NCBI GenBank assembly: GCA_964016885.1
Contig: OZ024743.1
Span: forward strand, 74,648,001-74,712,000
DNA length: 64,000 nucleotides
DNA from: Eledone cirrhosa
Lineage: Eukaryota
Reading direction: 5' to 3'
In this document: in pieces, positions 1-16,800 of the stretch
How positions within the stretch are numbered: position 1 is the first letter of the stretch
How the letters are laid out: each line of letters begins with the position of its first letter
Program-made: the position numbers and the translations under genes
Notes under the pieces: generated by a model
Told to the model about the DNA's origin: nothing
Database searches by the model: none
The model's input: the letters and a program-made list of their open reading frames with translations, nothing else

Positions 1-2799
1 TGTAGCCATAGATACCACAACACCTATATGTAGCCATAGACACCACAACACCTATCTGTAGCCATAGATACCACAACACCTATATGTAGCCATAGACACC
101 ACAACACCTATATGTAGCCATAGACACCACAACACCTATATGTAGCCATAGACACCACAATACCTATCTGTAGCCATAGACACCACAACACCTATATGTA
201 GCCATAGATACCACAACACCTATCTGTAGCCATAGATACCACAACACCTATATGTAGCCATAGACACCACAACACCTATCTGTAGCCATAGACACCACAA
301 CACCTATATGTAGCCATAGACACCACAACACCTATCTGTGACCATAGATACCACAACACCTGTCTGTAGCCATAGATACCACAACACCTATCTGTAGCCA
401 TAGACACCACAACACCTATCTGTGACCATAGACACCACAACACCTATCTGTGACCATAGACACCACAACACCTATCTGTGACCATAGATACCACAACACC
501 TATCTGTAGCCATAGACACCACAACACCTATCTGTGACCATAGACACCACAACACCTATATGTAGCCATAGACACCACAACACCTATCTGTGACCATAGA
601 CACCACAACACATATCTGTAGCCATAGACACCACAACACCTATCTGTGACCATAGACACCACAACACCTATATGTGACCATAGACACCACAACACCTATC
701 TGTGACCATAGACACCACAACACCTATCTGTAGCCATAGACACCACAACACCTATCTGTGACCATAGACACCACAACACCTATCTGTGACCATAGACACC
801 ACAACACCTATCTGTATCCATAGACACCACAACACCTATCTGTAGCCATAGACACCACAACACCTATCTGTAGCCATAGACACCACAACACCTATCTGTG
901 ACCATAGACACCACAACACCTATCTGTAGCCATAGACACCACAACACCTATCTGTAGCCATAGACACCACAACACCTATCTGTAGCCATAGACACCACAA
1001 CACCTATATGTAGCCATAGACACCACAATACCTATCTGTAGCCATAGACACCACAACACCTATATGTAGCCATAGACACCACAACACCTATCTGTAGCCA
1101 TAGATACCACAACCCCTATATGTAGCCATAGACAACACAACACCTATCTGTAGCCATAGACGCAACAACACCTATCTGTGACCATAGACACCACAACACC
1201 TATCTGTAGCCATAGACACCACAACACCTATCTGTAGCCATAGACACCACAACACCTATCTGTGACCATAGACACCACAACACCTATCTGTGACCATAGA
1301 CACCACAACACCTATCTGTGACCATAGACACCACAACACCTATCTGTGACCATAGATACCACAACACCTATCTGTAGCCATAGACACCACAACACCTATC
1401 TGTGACCATAGACACCACAACAGCTATATGTAGCCATAGACACCACAACACCTATCTGTGATCATAGACACCACAACACCTATCTGTAGCCATAGACACC
1501 ACAACACCTATCTGTGACCATAGACACCACAACACCTATCTGTGACCATAGACACCACAACACCTATCTGTGACCATAGACACCACAACACCTATCTCTA
1601 GCCATAGACACCACAACACCTATCTGTGACCATAGACACCACAACACCTATCTGTGACCATAGACACCACAACACCTATCTGTAGCCATAGACACCACAA
1701 CACCTATCTGTAGCCATAGATACCACAACACCTATCTGTAGCCATAGACACCACAACACCTATCTGTAGCCATAGATACCACAACACCTATATGTAGCCA
1801 TAGACACCACAACACCTATCTGTAGCCATAGACACCACAACACCTATCTGTAGCCATAGACACCACAACACCTATCTGTAGCCATAGACACCACAACACC
1901 TATCTGTAGCCATAGACACCACAACACCTATCTGTAGCCATAGACACCACAACACCTATCTGTGACCATAGACACCACAACACCTATCTGTGACCATAGA
2001 CACCACAACACCTATCTGTGACAATAGACACCACAACATCTATATGTAGCCATAGACACCACAATACCTATCTGTAGCCATAGACACCACAACACCTACC
2101 TGTGACCATAGACACCACAACACCTATCTGTGACAATAGACACCACAACACCTATATGTAGCCATAGACACCACAATACCTATCTGTAGCCATAGACACC
2201 ACAACACCTATCTGTAGCCATAGACACCACAACACCTATCTGTGACCATAGACACCACAACACCTATCTGTGACCATAGACACCACAACACCTATCTGTG
2301 ACCATAGACACCACAACACCTATATGTAGCCATAGACACCACAACACCTATCTGTAGCCATAGACACCACAACACCTATCTGTAGCCATAGACACCACAA
2401 CACCTATCTGTAGCCATAGACACCACAACACCTATCTGTAGCCATAGATACCACAACACCTATCTGTAGCCATAGACACCACAACACCTATCTGTAGCCA
2501 TAGATACCACAACACCTATCTGTAGCCATAGACACCACAACACCTATCTGTAGCCATAGACACCACAACACCTATATGTAGCCATAGACACCACCACACC
2601 TATCTGTGACCATAGACAGCACAACACCTATCTGTGACCATAGACACCACAACATCTATCTGTGAGCATAGACACCACAACACCTATATGTAGCCATAGA
2701 CACCACAATACCTATCTGTAGCCATAGACACCACAACACCTATCTGTGACCATAGACACCACAACACCTATCTGTAGCCATAGACACCACAACACCTAT

Positions 2800-5700
2800 C
2801 TGTGACCATAGACACCACAACACCTATCTGTGACCATAGACACCACAACACCTATATGTAGCCATAGACACCACAACACCTATCTGTAGCCATAGACACC
2901 ACAACACCTATCTGTGACCATAGACACCACAACACCTATCTGTGACCATAGACACCACAACACCTATCTGTGACCATAGACACCACAACACCTATCTGTA
3001 GCCATAGACACCACAACACGTATCTGTGACCATAGACACCACAACACCTATCTGTAGCCATAGACACCACAACACCTATCTGTGACCATAGACACCACAA
3101 CACCTATCTGTAGCCATAGACACCACAACACGTATCTGTAGCCATAGACACCACAACACCTATCTGTGACCATAGATACCACAACACCTGTCTGTAGCCA
3201 TAGACACCACAATACCTATCTGTAGCCATAGACACCACAACACCTATCTGTGACCATAGATACCACAACACCTATCTGTGACCATAGACACCACAATACC
3301 TATCTGTGACCATAGATACCACAACACCTATCTGTAGCCATAGACACCACAACACCTATCTGTGACCATAGATACCACAACAACTGTCTGTAGCCATAGA
3401 CACCACAACACCTATCTGTAGCCATAGACACCACAACACCTATCTGTAGCCATAGACACCACAACACCTATATGTAGCCATAGACACCACAACACGTATC
3501 TGTGACCATAGACACCACAACACCTATCTGTGACCATAGACACCACAACACCTATCTGTAGCCATAGACACAACAACACCTATCTGTGACCATAGATACC
3601 ACAACACCTACCTGTGACCATAGACAGCACAACACCTATCTGTAGCCATAGACACCACAACACCTATCTGTGACCATAGATACCACAACACCTATCTGTG
3701 ACCATAGACACCACAACACCTATCTGTAGCCATAGACACCACAACACCTATCTGTAGCCATAGACACCGCAACACCTATCTGTAGCCATAGACACCACAA
3801 CACCTATCTGTAGCCATAGACACCACAACACCTATCTGTAGCCATAGACACCACAACACCTATATGTAGCCATAGACACCACAACACCTATCTGTGACCA
3901 TAGACACCACAACACCTATTTGTGACCATAGACACCACAACACCTATCTGTGACCATAGACACCACAACACCTATCTGTAGCCATAGACACCACAACACC
4001 TATCTGTAGCCATAGACACCACAACACCTATATGTAGCCATAGACACCACAACACGTATCTGTGACCATAGACACCACAACACCTATCTGTGAACATAGA
4101 CACCACAACACCTATCTGTAGCCATAGACACCACAACACCTATCTGTAGCCATAGACACCACAACACCTATCTGTGATCATAGACACCACAACACCTATA
4201 TGTAGCCATAGACACCACAACACCTATCTGTAGCCATAGACACCACAACACCTATCTGTGACCATAGACACCACAACACCTATCTGTGACCATAGACACC
4301 ACAACACCTATATGTAGCCATAGACACCACAACACCTATCTGTGACCATAGACACCACAACACCTATCTGTGACCATAGACACCACAACACCTATCTGTG
4401 ACCATAGACACCACAACACCTATCTGTAGCCATAGACACCACAACACGTATCTGTGACCATAGACACCACAACACCTATCTGTAGCCATAGACACCACAA
4501 CACCTATCTGTGACCATAGACACCACAACACCTATCTGTAGCCATAGACACCACAACACGTATCTGTAGCCATAGACACCACAACACCTATCTGTGACCA
4601 TAGATACCACAACACCTATCTGTAGCCATAGACACCACAACACCTATCTGTGACCATAGACACCACAACACCTATCTGTGACCATAGACACCACAACACC
4701 TATCTGTGACCATAGACACCACAACACCTATCTGTAGCCATAGACACCACAACACGTATCTGTGACCATAGACACCACAACACCTATCTGTAGCCATAGA
4801 CACCACAACACCTATCTGTGACCATAGACACCACAACACCTATCTGTAGCCATAGACACCACAACACGTATCTGTAGCCATAGACACCACAACACCTATC
4901 TGTGACCATAGATACCACAACACCTGTCTGTAGCCATAGACACCACAACACCTATCTGTGACCATAGACACCACAATACCTATCTGTGACCATAGATACC
5001 ACAACACCTATCTGTAGCCATAGACACCACAACACCTATCTGTGACCATAGACACCACAACACCTATCTGTGACCATAGACACCACAACACCTATATGTA
5101 GCCATAGACACCACAACACCTATCTGTAGCCATAGACACCACAACACCTATCTGTGACCATAGACACCACAACACCTATCTGTGACCATAGACACCACAA
5201 CACCTATCTGTGACCATAGACACCACAACACCTATCTGTAGCCATAGACACCACAACACGTATCTGTGACCATAGACACCACAACACCTATCTGTAGCCA
5301 TAGACACCACAACACCTATCTGTGACCATAGACACCACAACACCTATCTGTAGCCATAGACACCACAACACGTATCTGTAGCCATAGACACCACAACACC
5401 TATCTGTGACCATAGATACCACAACACCTGTCTGTAGCCATAGACACCACAATACCTATCTGTAGCCATAGACACCACAACACCTATCTGTGACCATAGA
5501 TACCACAACACCTATCTGTGACCATAGACACCACAATACTTATCTGTGACCATAGATACCACAACACCTATCTGTAGCCATAGACACCACAACACCTATC
5601 TGTGACCATAGATACCACAACACCTGTCTGTAGCCATAGACACCACAACACCTATCTGTAGCCATAGACACCACAACACCTATCTGTAGCCATAGACACC

Positions 5701-7100
5701 ACAACACCTATATGTAGCCATAGACACCACAACACGTATCTGTGACCATAGACACCACAACACCTATCTGTGACCATAGACACCACAACACCTATCTGTA
5801 GCCATAGACACCACAACACCTATCTGTAGCCATAGACACCACAACACCTATCTGTAGCCATAGACACCACAACACCTATCTGTAGCCATAGACACCACAA
5901 CACCTATCTGTAGCCATAGACACCACAACACCTATATGTAGCCATAGACACCACAACACCTATCTGTGACCATAGACACCACAACACCTATTTGTGACCA
6001 TAGACACCACAACACCTATCTGTGACCATAGACACCACAACACCTATCTGTAGCCATAGACACCACAACACCTATCTGTAGCCATAGACACCACAACACC
6101 TATATGTAGCCATAGACACCACAACACGTATCTGTGACCATAGACACCACAACACCTATCTGTGAACATAGACACCACAACACCTATCTGTAGCCATAGA
6201 CACCACAACACCTATCTGTAGCCATAGACACCACAACACCTATCTGTGATCATAGACACCACAACACCTATATGTAGCCATAGACACCACAACACCTATC
6301 TGTAGCCATAGACACCACAACACCTATCTGTGACCATAGACACCACAACACCTATCTCTGACCATAGACACCACAACACCTATATGTAGCCATAGACACC
6401 ACAACACCTATCTGTGACCATGGACACCACAACACCTATCTGTGACCATAGACACCACAACACCTATCTGTGACCATAGACACCACAACACCTATCTGTA
6501 GCCATAGACACCACAACACGTATATGTGACCATAGACACCACAACACCTATCTGTAGCCATAGACACCACAACACCTATCTGTGACCATAGACACCACAA
6601 CACCTATCTGTAGCCATAGACACCACAACACGTATCTGTAGCCATAGACACCACAACACCTATCTGTGACCATAGATACCACAACACCTATCTGTAGCCA
6701 TAGACACCACAACACCTATCTGTGACCATAGACACCACAACACCTATCTGTGACCATAGACACCACAACACCTATCTGTGACCATAGACACCACAACACC
6801 TATCTGTAGCCATAGACACCACAACACGTATCTGTGACCATAGACACCACAACACCTATCTGTAGCCATAGACACCACAACACCTATCTGTGACCATAGA
6901 CACCACAACACCTATCTGTAGCCATAGACACCACAACACGTATCTGTAGCCATAGACACCACAACACCTATCTGTGACCATAGATACCACAACACCTGTC
7001 TGTAGCCATAGACACCACAACACCTATCTGTGACCATAGACACCACAATACCTATCTGTGACCATAGATACCACAACACCTATCTGTAGCCATAGACACC
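2800..7100. repeat. Higher-order duplication, about 2.07 kb (74 units), 2 copies; boundaries approximate
   Basis: Rare variants recur at a constant 2072-bp offset: C28T (tatt) 3920/5992, C6A (gaacata) 4094/6166, C6T (tgatca) 4178/6250. Confidence 0.8.
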
Positions 7101-10100
7101 ACAACACCTATCTGTGACCATAGACACCACAACACCTATCTGTGACCATAGACACCACAACACCTATCTGTAGCCATAGACACCACAACACCTATCTGTG
7201 ACCATAGATACCACAACACCTATCTGTGACCATAGACACCACAACACCTATCTGTGACCATAGATACCACAACACCTATCTGTGACCATAGATACCACAA
7301 CACCTATCTGTAGCCATAGACACCACAACACGTATCTGTGACCATAGACACCACAACACCTATCTGTGACCATAGACACCACAACACCTATCTGTAGCCA
7401 TAGACACCACAACACCTATCTGTGACCATAGATACCACAACACCTATCTGTGACCATAGACACCACAACACCTATCTGTAGCCATAGACACCACAACACC
7501 TATCTGTGACCATAGATACCACAACACCTATCTGTGACCATAGACACCACAACACCTATCTGTAGCCATAGACACCACAACACCTATCTGTAGCCATAGA
7601 CACCACAACACCTATCTGTAGCCATAGACACCACAACACCTATATGTAGCCATAGACACCACAACACCTATCTGTGACCATAGACACCACAACACCTATT
7701 TGTGACCATAGACACCACAACACCTATCTGTGACCATAGACACCACAACACCTATCTGTAGCCATAGACACCACAACACCTATCTGTAGCCATAGACACC
7801 ACAACACCTATCTGTGACCATAGACACCACAACACCTATATGTAGCCATAGACACCACAACACCTATCTGTAGCCATAGACACCACAACACCTATCTGTA
7901 GCCATAGACACCACAACACCTATATGTAGCCATAGACACCACAACACCTATCTGTGACCATAGACACCACAACACCTATTTGTGACCATAGACACCACAA
8001 CACCTATCTGTGACCATAGACACCACAACACCTATCTGTGACCATAGATACCACAACACCTATCTGTAGCCATAGACACTACAACACCTATCTGTGACCA
8101 TAGACACCACAACACCTATCTGTAGCCATAGACACCACAACACCTATCTGTGACCATAGACACCACAACACCTATCTGTGACCATTGACACCACAACACC
8201 TATCTGTAGCCATAGACACCACAACACCTATCTGTGATCATAGACACCACAACACCTATATGTAGCCATAGACACCACAACACCTATCTGTAGCCATAGA
8301 CACCACAACACCTATCTGTGACCATAGACACCACAACACCTATCTGTAGCCATAGACACCACAACACCTATCTGTGACCATAGACACCACAACACCTATC
8401 TGTGACCATAGACACCACAACACCTATATGTAGCCATAGACACCACAACACCTATCTGTAGCCATAGACACCACAACACCTATCTGTGACCATAGACACC
8501 ACAACACCTATCTGTGACCATAGACACCACAACACCTATCTGTGACCATAGACACCACAACACCTATCTGTAGCCATAGACACCACAACACGTATCTGTG
8601 ACCATAGACACCACAACACCTATCTGTAGCCATAGACACCACAACACCTATCTGTGACCATAGACACCACAACACCTATCTGTAGCCATAGACACCACAA
8701 CACGTATCTGTAGCCATAGACACCACAACACCTATCTGTGACCATAGATACCACAACACCTGTCTGTAGCCATAGACACCACAACACCTATCTGTGACCA
8801 TAGACACCACAATACCTATCTGTGACCATAGATACCACAACACCTATCTGTAGCCATAGACACCACAACACCTATCTGTGACCATAGATACCACAACACC
8901 TGTCTGTAGCCATAGACACCACAACACCTATCTGTAGCCATAGACACCACAACACCTATCTGTAGCCATAGACACCACAACACCTATATGTAGCCATAGA
9001 CACCACAACACGTATCTGTGACCATAGACACCACAACACCTACCTGTGACCATAGACACCACAACACCTATCTGTAGCCATAGACACCACAACACCTATC
9101 TGTGACCATAGATACCACAACACCTATCTGTGACCATAGACACCACAACACCTATCTGTAGCCATAGACACCACAACACCTATCTGTGACCATAGATACC
9201 ACAACACCTATCTGTGACCATGGACACCACAACACCTATCTGTAGCCATAGACACCACAACACCTATCTGTAGCCATAGACACCACAACACCTATCTGTA
9301 GCCATAGACACCACAACACCTATATGTAGCCATAGACACCACAACACCTATCTGTGACCATAGACACCACAACACCTATTTGTGACCATAGACACCACAA
9401 CACCTATCTGTGACCATAGACACCACAACACCTATCTGTAGCCATAGACACCACAACACCTATGTGTAGCCATAGACACCACAACACCTATATGTAGCCA
9501 TAGACACCACAACACGTATCTGTGACCATAGACACCACAACACCTATCTGTGAACATAGACACCACAACACCTATCTGTAGCCATAGACACCACAACACC
9601 TATATGTAGCCATAGACACCACAACACCTATCTGTGACCATAGACACCACAACACCTATCTGTGACCATAGACACCACAACACCTATATGTAGCCATAGA
9701 CACCACAACACCTATCTGTAGCCATAGACACCACAACACCTATCTGTAGCCATAGACACCACAACACCTATATGTAGCCATAGACACCACAACACCTATC
9801 TGTGACCATAGACACCACAACACCTATTTGTGACCATAGACACCACAACACCTATCTGTGACCATAGACACCACAACACCTATCTGTAGCCATAGACACC
9901 ACAACACCTATCTGTAGCCATAGACACCACAACACCTATCTGTAGCCATAGACACCACAACACCTATATGTAGCCATAGACACCACAACACCTATCTGTG
10001 ACCATAGACACCACAACACCTATCTGTGACCATAGACACCACAACACCTATCTGTGACCATAGATACCACAACACCTATCTGTAGCCATAGACACTACAA

Positions 10101-13100
10101 CACCTATCTGTGACCATAGACACCACAACACCTATCTGTGACCATAGACACCACAACACCTATCTGTAGCCATAGACACCACAACACCTATCTGTGACCA
10201 TAGACACCACAACACCTATCTGTGACCATAGACACCACAACACCTATCTGTGACCATAGACACCACAACACCTATCTGTGACCATAGATACCACAACACC
10301 TATCTGTAGCCATAGACACCACAACACCTATCTGTGACCATAGACACCACAACACCTATATGTAGCCATAGACACCACAACACCTATCTGTGACCATAGA
10401 CACCACAACACCTATCTGTAGCCATAGACACCACAACACCTATCTGTGACCATAGACACCACAACACCTATCTGTAGCCATAGACACCACAACACCTATC
10501 TGTGACCATAGACACCACAACACCTATCTGTGACCATAGACACCACAACACCTATCTGTGACCATAGATACCACAACACCTATATGTAGACATAGACACC
10601 ACAACACCTATCTGTGACCATAGACACCACAACACATATCTGTAGCCATAGACACCACAACACCTATCTGTGACCATAGACACCCCAACACCTATATGTG
10701 ACCATAGACACCACAACACCTATCTGTGACCATAGACACCACAACACCTTTCTGTAGCCATAGACACCACAACACCTATCTGTGACCATAGACACCACGA
10801 CACCTATCTGTGACCATAGACACCACAACACCTATCTGTAGCCATAGACACCACAACACCTATATGTAGCCATAGACACCACAACACCTATCTGTAGCCA
10901 TAGACACCACAACACCTATCTGTGACCATAGACACCACAACACCTATCTGTGACCATAGACACCACAACACCTATCTGTGACCATAGACACCACAACACC
11001 TATCTGTAGCCATAGACACCACAACACGTATCTGTGACCATAGACACCACAACACCTATCTGTAGCCATAGACACCACAACACCTATCTGTGACCATAGA
11101 CACCTCAACACCTATCTGTAGCCATAGACACCACAACACGTATCTGTAGCCATAGACACCACAACACCTATCTGTGACCATAGATACCACAACACCTGTC
11201 TGTAGCCATAGACACCACAATACCTATCTGTAGCCATAGACACCACAACACCTATCTGTGACCATAGATACCACAACACCTATCTGTGACCATAGACACC
11301 ACAATACCTATCTGTGACCATAGATACCACAACACCTATCTGTAGCCATAGACACCACAACACCTATCTGTGACCATAGATACCACAACACCTGTCTGTA
11401 GCCATAGACACCACAACACCTATCTGTAGCCATAGACACCACAACACCTATCTGTAGCCATAGACACCACAACACCTATATGTAGCCATAGACACCACAA
11501 CACGTATCTGTGACCATAGACACCACAACACCTATCTGTGACCATAGACACCACAACACCTATCTGTAGCCATAGACACCACAACACCTATCTGTGACCA
11601 TAGATACCACAACACCTATCTGTGCCCATAGACACCACAACACCTATCTGTAGCCATAGACACCACAACACCTATCTGTGACCATAGATACCACAACACC
11701 TATCTGTGACCATAGACACCACAACACCTATCTGTAGCCATAGACACCACAACACCTATCTGTAGCCATAGACACCACAACACCTATCTGTAGCCATAGA
11801 CACCACAACACCTATCTGTAGCCATAGACACCACAACACCTATCTGTAGCCATAGACACCACAACACCTATATGTAGCCATAGACACCACAACACCTATC
11901 TGTGACCATAGACACCACAACACCTATTTGTGACCATAGACACCACAACACCTATCTGTGACCATAGACACCACAACACCTATCTGTAGCCATAGACACC
12001 ACAACACCTATCTGTAGCCATAGACACCACAACACCTATATGTAGCCATAGACACCACAACACGTATCTGTGACCATAGACACCACAACACCTATCTGTG
12101 AACATAGACACCACAACACCTATCTGTAGCCATAGACACCACAACACCTATCTGTAGCCATAGACACCACAACACCTATCTGTGATCATAGACACCACAA
12201 CACCTATATGTAGCCATAGACACCACAACACCTATCTGTAGCCATAGACACCACAACACCTATCTGTGACCATAGACACCACAACACCTATCTGTGACCA
12301 TAGACACCACAACACCTATATGTAGCCATAGACACCACAACACCTATCTGTGACCATAGACACCACAACACCTATCTGTGACCATAGACACCACAACACC
12401 TATCTGTGACCATAGACACCACAACACCTATCTGTAGCCATAGACACCACAACACGTATCTGTGACCATAGACACCACAACACCTATCTGTAGCCATAGA
12501 CACCACAACACCTATCTGTGACCATAGACACCACAACACCTATCTGTAGCCATAGACACCACAACACGTATCTGTAGCCATAGACAACACAACACCTATC
12601 TGTGACCATAGATACCACAACACCTATCTGTAGCCATAGACACCACAACACCTATCTGTGACCATAGACACCACAACACCTATCTGTGACCATAGACACC
12701 ACAACACCTATCTGTGACCATAGACACCACAACACCTATCTGTAGCCATAGACACCACAACACGTATCTGTGACCATAGACACCACAACACCTATCTGTA
12801 GCCATAGACACCACAACACCTATCTGTGACCATAGACACCACAACACCTATCTGTAGCCATAGACACCACAACACGTATCTGTAGCCATAGACACCACAA
12901 CACCTATCTGTGACCATAGATACCACAACACCTGTCTGTAGCCATAGACACCACAACACCTATCTGTGACCATAGACACCACAATACCTATCTGTGACCA
13001 TAGATACCACAACACCTATCTGTAGCCATAGACACCACAACACCTATCTGTGACCATAGACACCACAACACCTATCTGTGACCATAGACACCACAACACC

Positions 13101-16100
13101 TATCTGTAGCCATAGACACCACAACACCTATCTGTGACCATAGATACCACAACACCTATCTGTGACCATAGACACCACAACACCTATCTGTGACCATAGA
13201 TACCACAACACCTATCTGTGACCATAGATACCACAACACCTATCTGTAGCCATAGACACCACAACACGTATCTGTGACCATAGACACCACAACACCTATC
13301 TGTGACCATAGACACCACAACACCTATCTGTAGCCATAGACACCACAACACCTATCTGTGACCATAGATACCACAACACCTATCTGTGACCATAGACACC
13401 ACAACACCTATCTGTAGCCATAGACACCACAACACCTATCTGTGACCATAGATACCACAACACCTATCTGTGACCATAGACACCACAACACCTATCTGTA
13501 GCCATAGACACCACAACACCTATCTGTAGCCATAGACACCACAACACCTATCTGTAGCCATAGACACCACAACACCTATATGTAGCCATAGACACCACAA
13601 CACCTATCTGTGACCATAGACACCACAACACCTATTTGTGACCATAGACACCACAACACCTATCTGTGACCATAGACACCACAACACCTATCTGTAGCCA
13701 TAGACACCACAACACCTATCTGTAGCCATAGACACCACAACACCTATCTGTGACCATAGACACCACAACACCTATATGTAGCCATAGACACCACAACACC
13801 TATCTGTAGCCATAGACACCACAACACCTATCTGTAGCCATATACACCACAACACCTATATGTAGCCATAGACACCACAACACCTATCTGTGACCATAGA
13901 CACCACAACACCTATTTGTGACCATAGACACCACAACACCTATCTGTGACCATAGACACCACAACACCTATCTGTGACCATAGATACCACAACACCTATC
14001 TGTAGCCATAGACACTACAACACCTATCTGTGACCATAGACACCACAACACCTATCTGTGACCATAGACACCACAACACCTATCTGTAGCCATAGACACC
14101 ACAACACCTATCTGTGACCATAGACACCATAACACCTATCTGTGACCATTGACACCACAACACCTATCTGTAGCCATAGACACCACAACACCTATCTGTG
14201 ATCATAGACACCACAACACCTATATGTAGCCATAGACACCACAACACCTATCTGTAGCCATAGACACCACAACACCTATCTGTGACCATAGACACCACAA
14301 CACCTATCTGTAGCCATAGACACCACAACACCTATCTGTGACCATAGACACCACAACACCTATCTGTGACCATAGACACCACAACACCTATATGTAGCCA
14401 TAGACACCACAACACCTATCTGTAGCCATAGACACCACAACACCTGTCTGTGACCATAGACACCACAACACCTATCTGTGACCATAGACACCACAACACC
14501 TATCTGTGACCATAGACACCACAACACCTATCTGTAGCCATAGACACCACAACACGTATCTGTGACCATAGACACCACAACACCTATCTGTAGCCATAGA
14601 CACCACAACACCTATCTGTGACCATAGACACCACAACACCTATCTGTAGCCATAGACACCACAACACGTATCTGTAGCCATAGACACCACAACACCTATC
14701 TGTGACCATAGATACCACAACACCTGTCTGTAGCCATAGACACCACAACACCTATCTGTGACCATAGACACCACAATACCTATCTGTGACCATAGATACC
14801 ACAACACCTATCTGTAGCCATAGACACCACAACACCTATCTGTGACCATAGATACCACAATACCTGTCTGTGACCATAGACACCACAACACCTATCTGTA
14901 GCCATAGACACCACAACACCTATCTGTAGCCATAGACACCACAACACCTATATGTAGCCATAGACACCACAACACGTATCTGTGACCATAGACACCACAA
15001 CACCTACCTGTGACCATAGACACCACAACACCTATCTGTAGCCATAGACACCACAACACCTATCTGTGACCATAGATACCACAACACCTATCTGTGACCA
15101 TAGACACCACAACACCTATCTGTAGCCATAGACACCACAACACCTATCTGTGACCATAGATACCACAACACCTATCTGTGACCATAGACACCACAACACC
15201 TATCTGTAGCCATAGACACCACAACACCTATCTGTAGCCATAGACACCACAACACCTATCTGTAGCCATAGACACCACAACACCTATATGTAGCCATAGA
15301 CACCACAACACCTATCTGTGACCATAGACACCACAACACCTATTTGTGACCATAGACACCACAACACCTATCTGTGACCATAGACACCACAACACCTATC
15401 TGTAGCCATAGACACCACAACACCTATGTGTAGCCATAGACACCACAACACCTATATGTAGCCATAGACACCACAACACGTATCTGTGACCATAGACACG
15501 ACAACACCTATCTGTGAACATAGACACCACAACACCTATCTGTAGCCATAGACACCACAACACCTATATGTAGCCATAGACACCACAACACCTATCTGTG
15601 ACCATAGACACCACAACACCTATCTGTGACCATAGACACCACAACACCTATATGTAGCCATAGACACCACAACACCTATCTGTAGCCATAGACACCACAA
15701 CACCTATCTGTAGCCATAGACACCACAACACCTATATGTAGCCATAGACACCACAACACCTATCTGTGACCATAGACACCACAACACCTATTTGTGACCA
15801 TAGACACCACAACACCTATCTGTGACCATAGACACCACAACACCTATCTGTAGCCATAGATACCACAACACCTATCTGTAGCCATAGACACCACAACACC
15901 TATCTGTAGCCATAGACACCACAACACCTATATGTAGCCATAGACACCACAACACCTATCTGTGACCATAGACACCACAACACCTATCTGTGACCATAGA
16001 CACCACAACACCTATCTGTGACCATAGATACCACAACACCTATCTGTAGCCATAGACACTACAACACCTATCTGTGACCATAGACACCACAACACCTATC

Positions 16101-16800
16101 TGTGACCATAGACACCACAACACCTATCTGTAGCCATAGACACCACAACACCTATCTGTGACCATAGACACCACAACACCTATCTGTGACCATAGACACC
16201 ACAACACCTATCTGTGACCATAGACACCACAACACCTATCTGTGACCATAGATACCACAACACCTATCTGTAGCCATAGACACCACAACACCTATCTGTG
16301 ACCATAGACACCACAACACCTATATGTAGCCATAGACACCACAACACCTATCTGTGACCATAGACACCACAACACCTATCTGTAGCCATAGACACCACAA
16401 CACCTATCTGTGACCATAGACACCACAACACCTATCTGTAGCCATAGACACCACAACACCTATCTGTGACCATAGACACCACAACACCTATCTGTGACCA
16501 TAGACACCACAACACCTATCTGTGACCATAGATACCACAACACCTATATGTAGCCATAGACACCACAACACCTATCTGTGACCATAGACACCACAACACA
16601 TATCTGTAGCCATAGACACCACAACACCTATCTGTGACCATAGACACCCCAACACCTATATGTGACCATAGACACCACAACACCTATCTGTGACCATAGA
16701 CACCACAACACCTATATGTAGCCATAGACACCACAACACCTATCTGTGACCATAGACACCACAACACCTATCTGTGACCATAGACACCACAACACCTATC
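5000..16800. repeat. Higher-order duplication, about 5.96 kb (212-213 units), 2 copies; boundaries approximate
   Basis: Offset 5964: ccattga 8186/14150, tgatca 8238/14202, tatgtg 9464/15428, cacccca 10685/16649. Offset 5936: tgatca 6250/12186. Confidence 0.9.
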
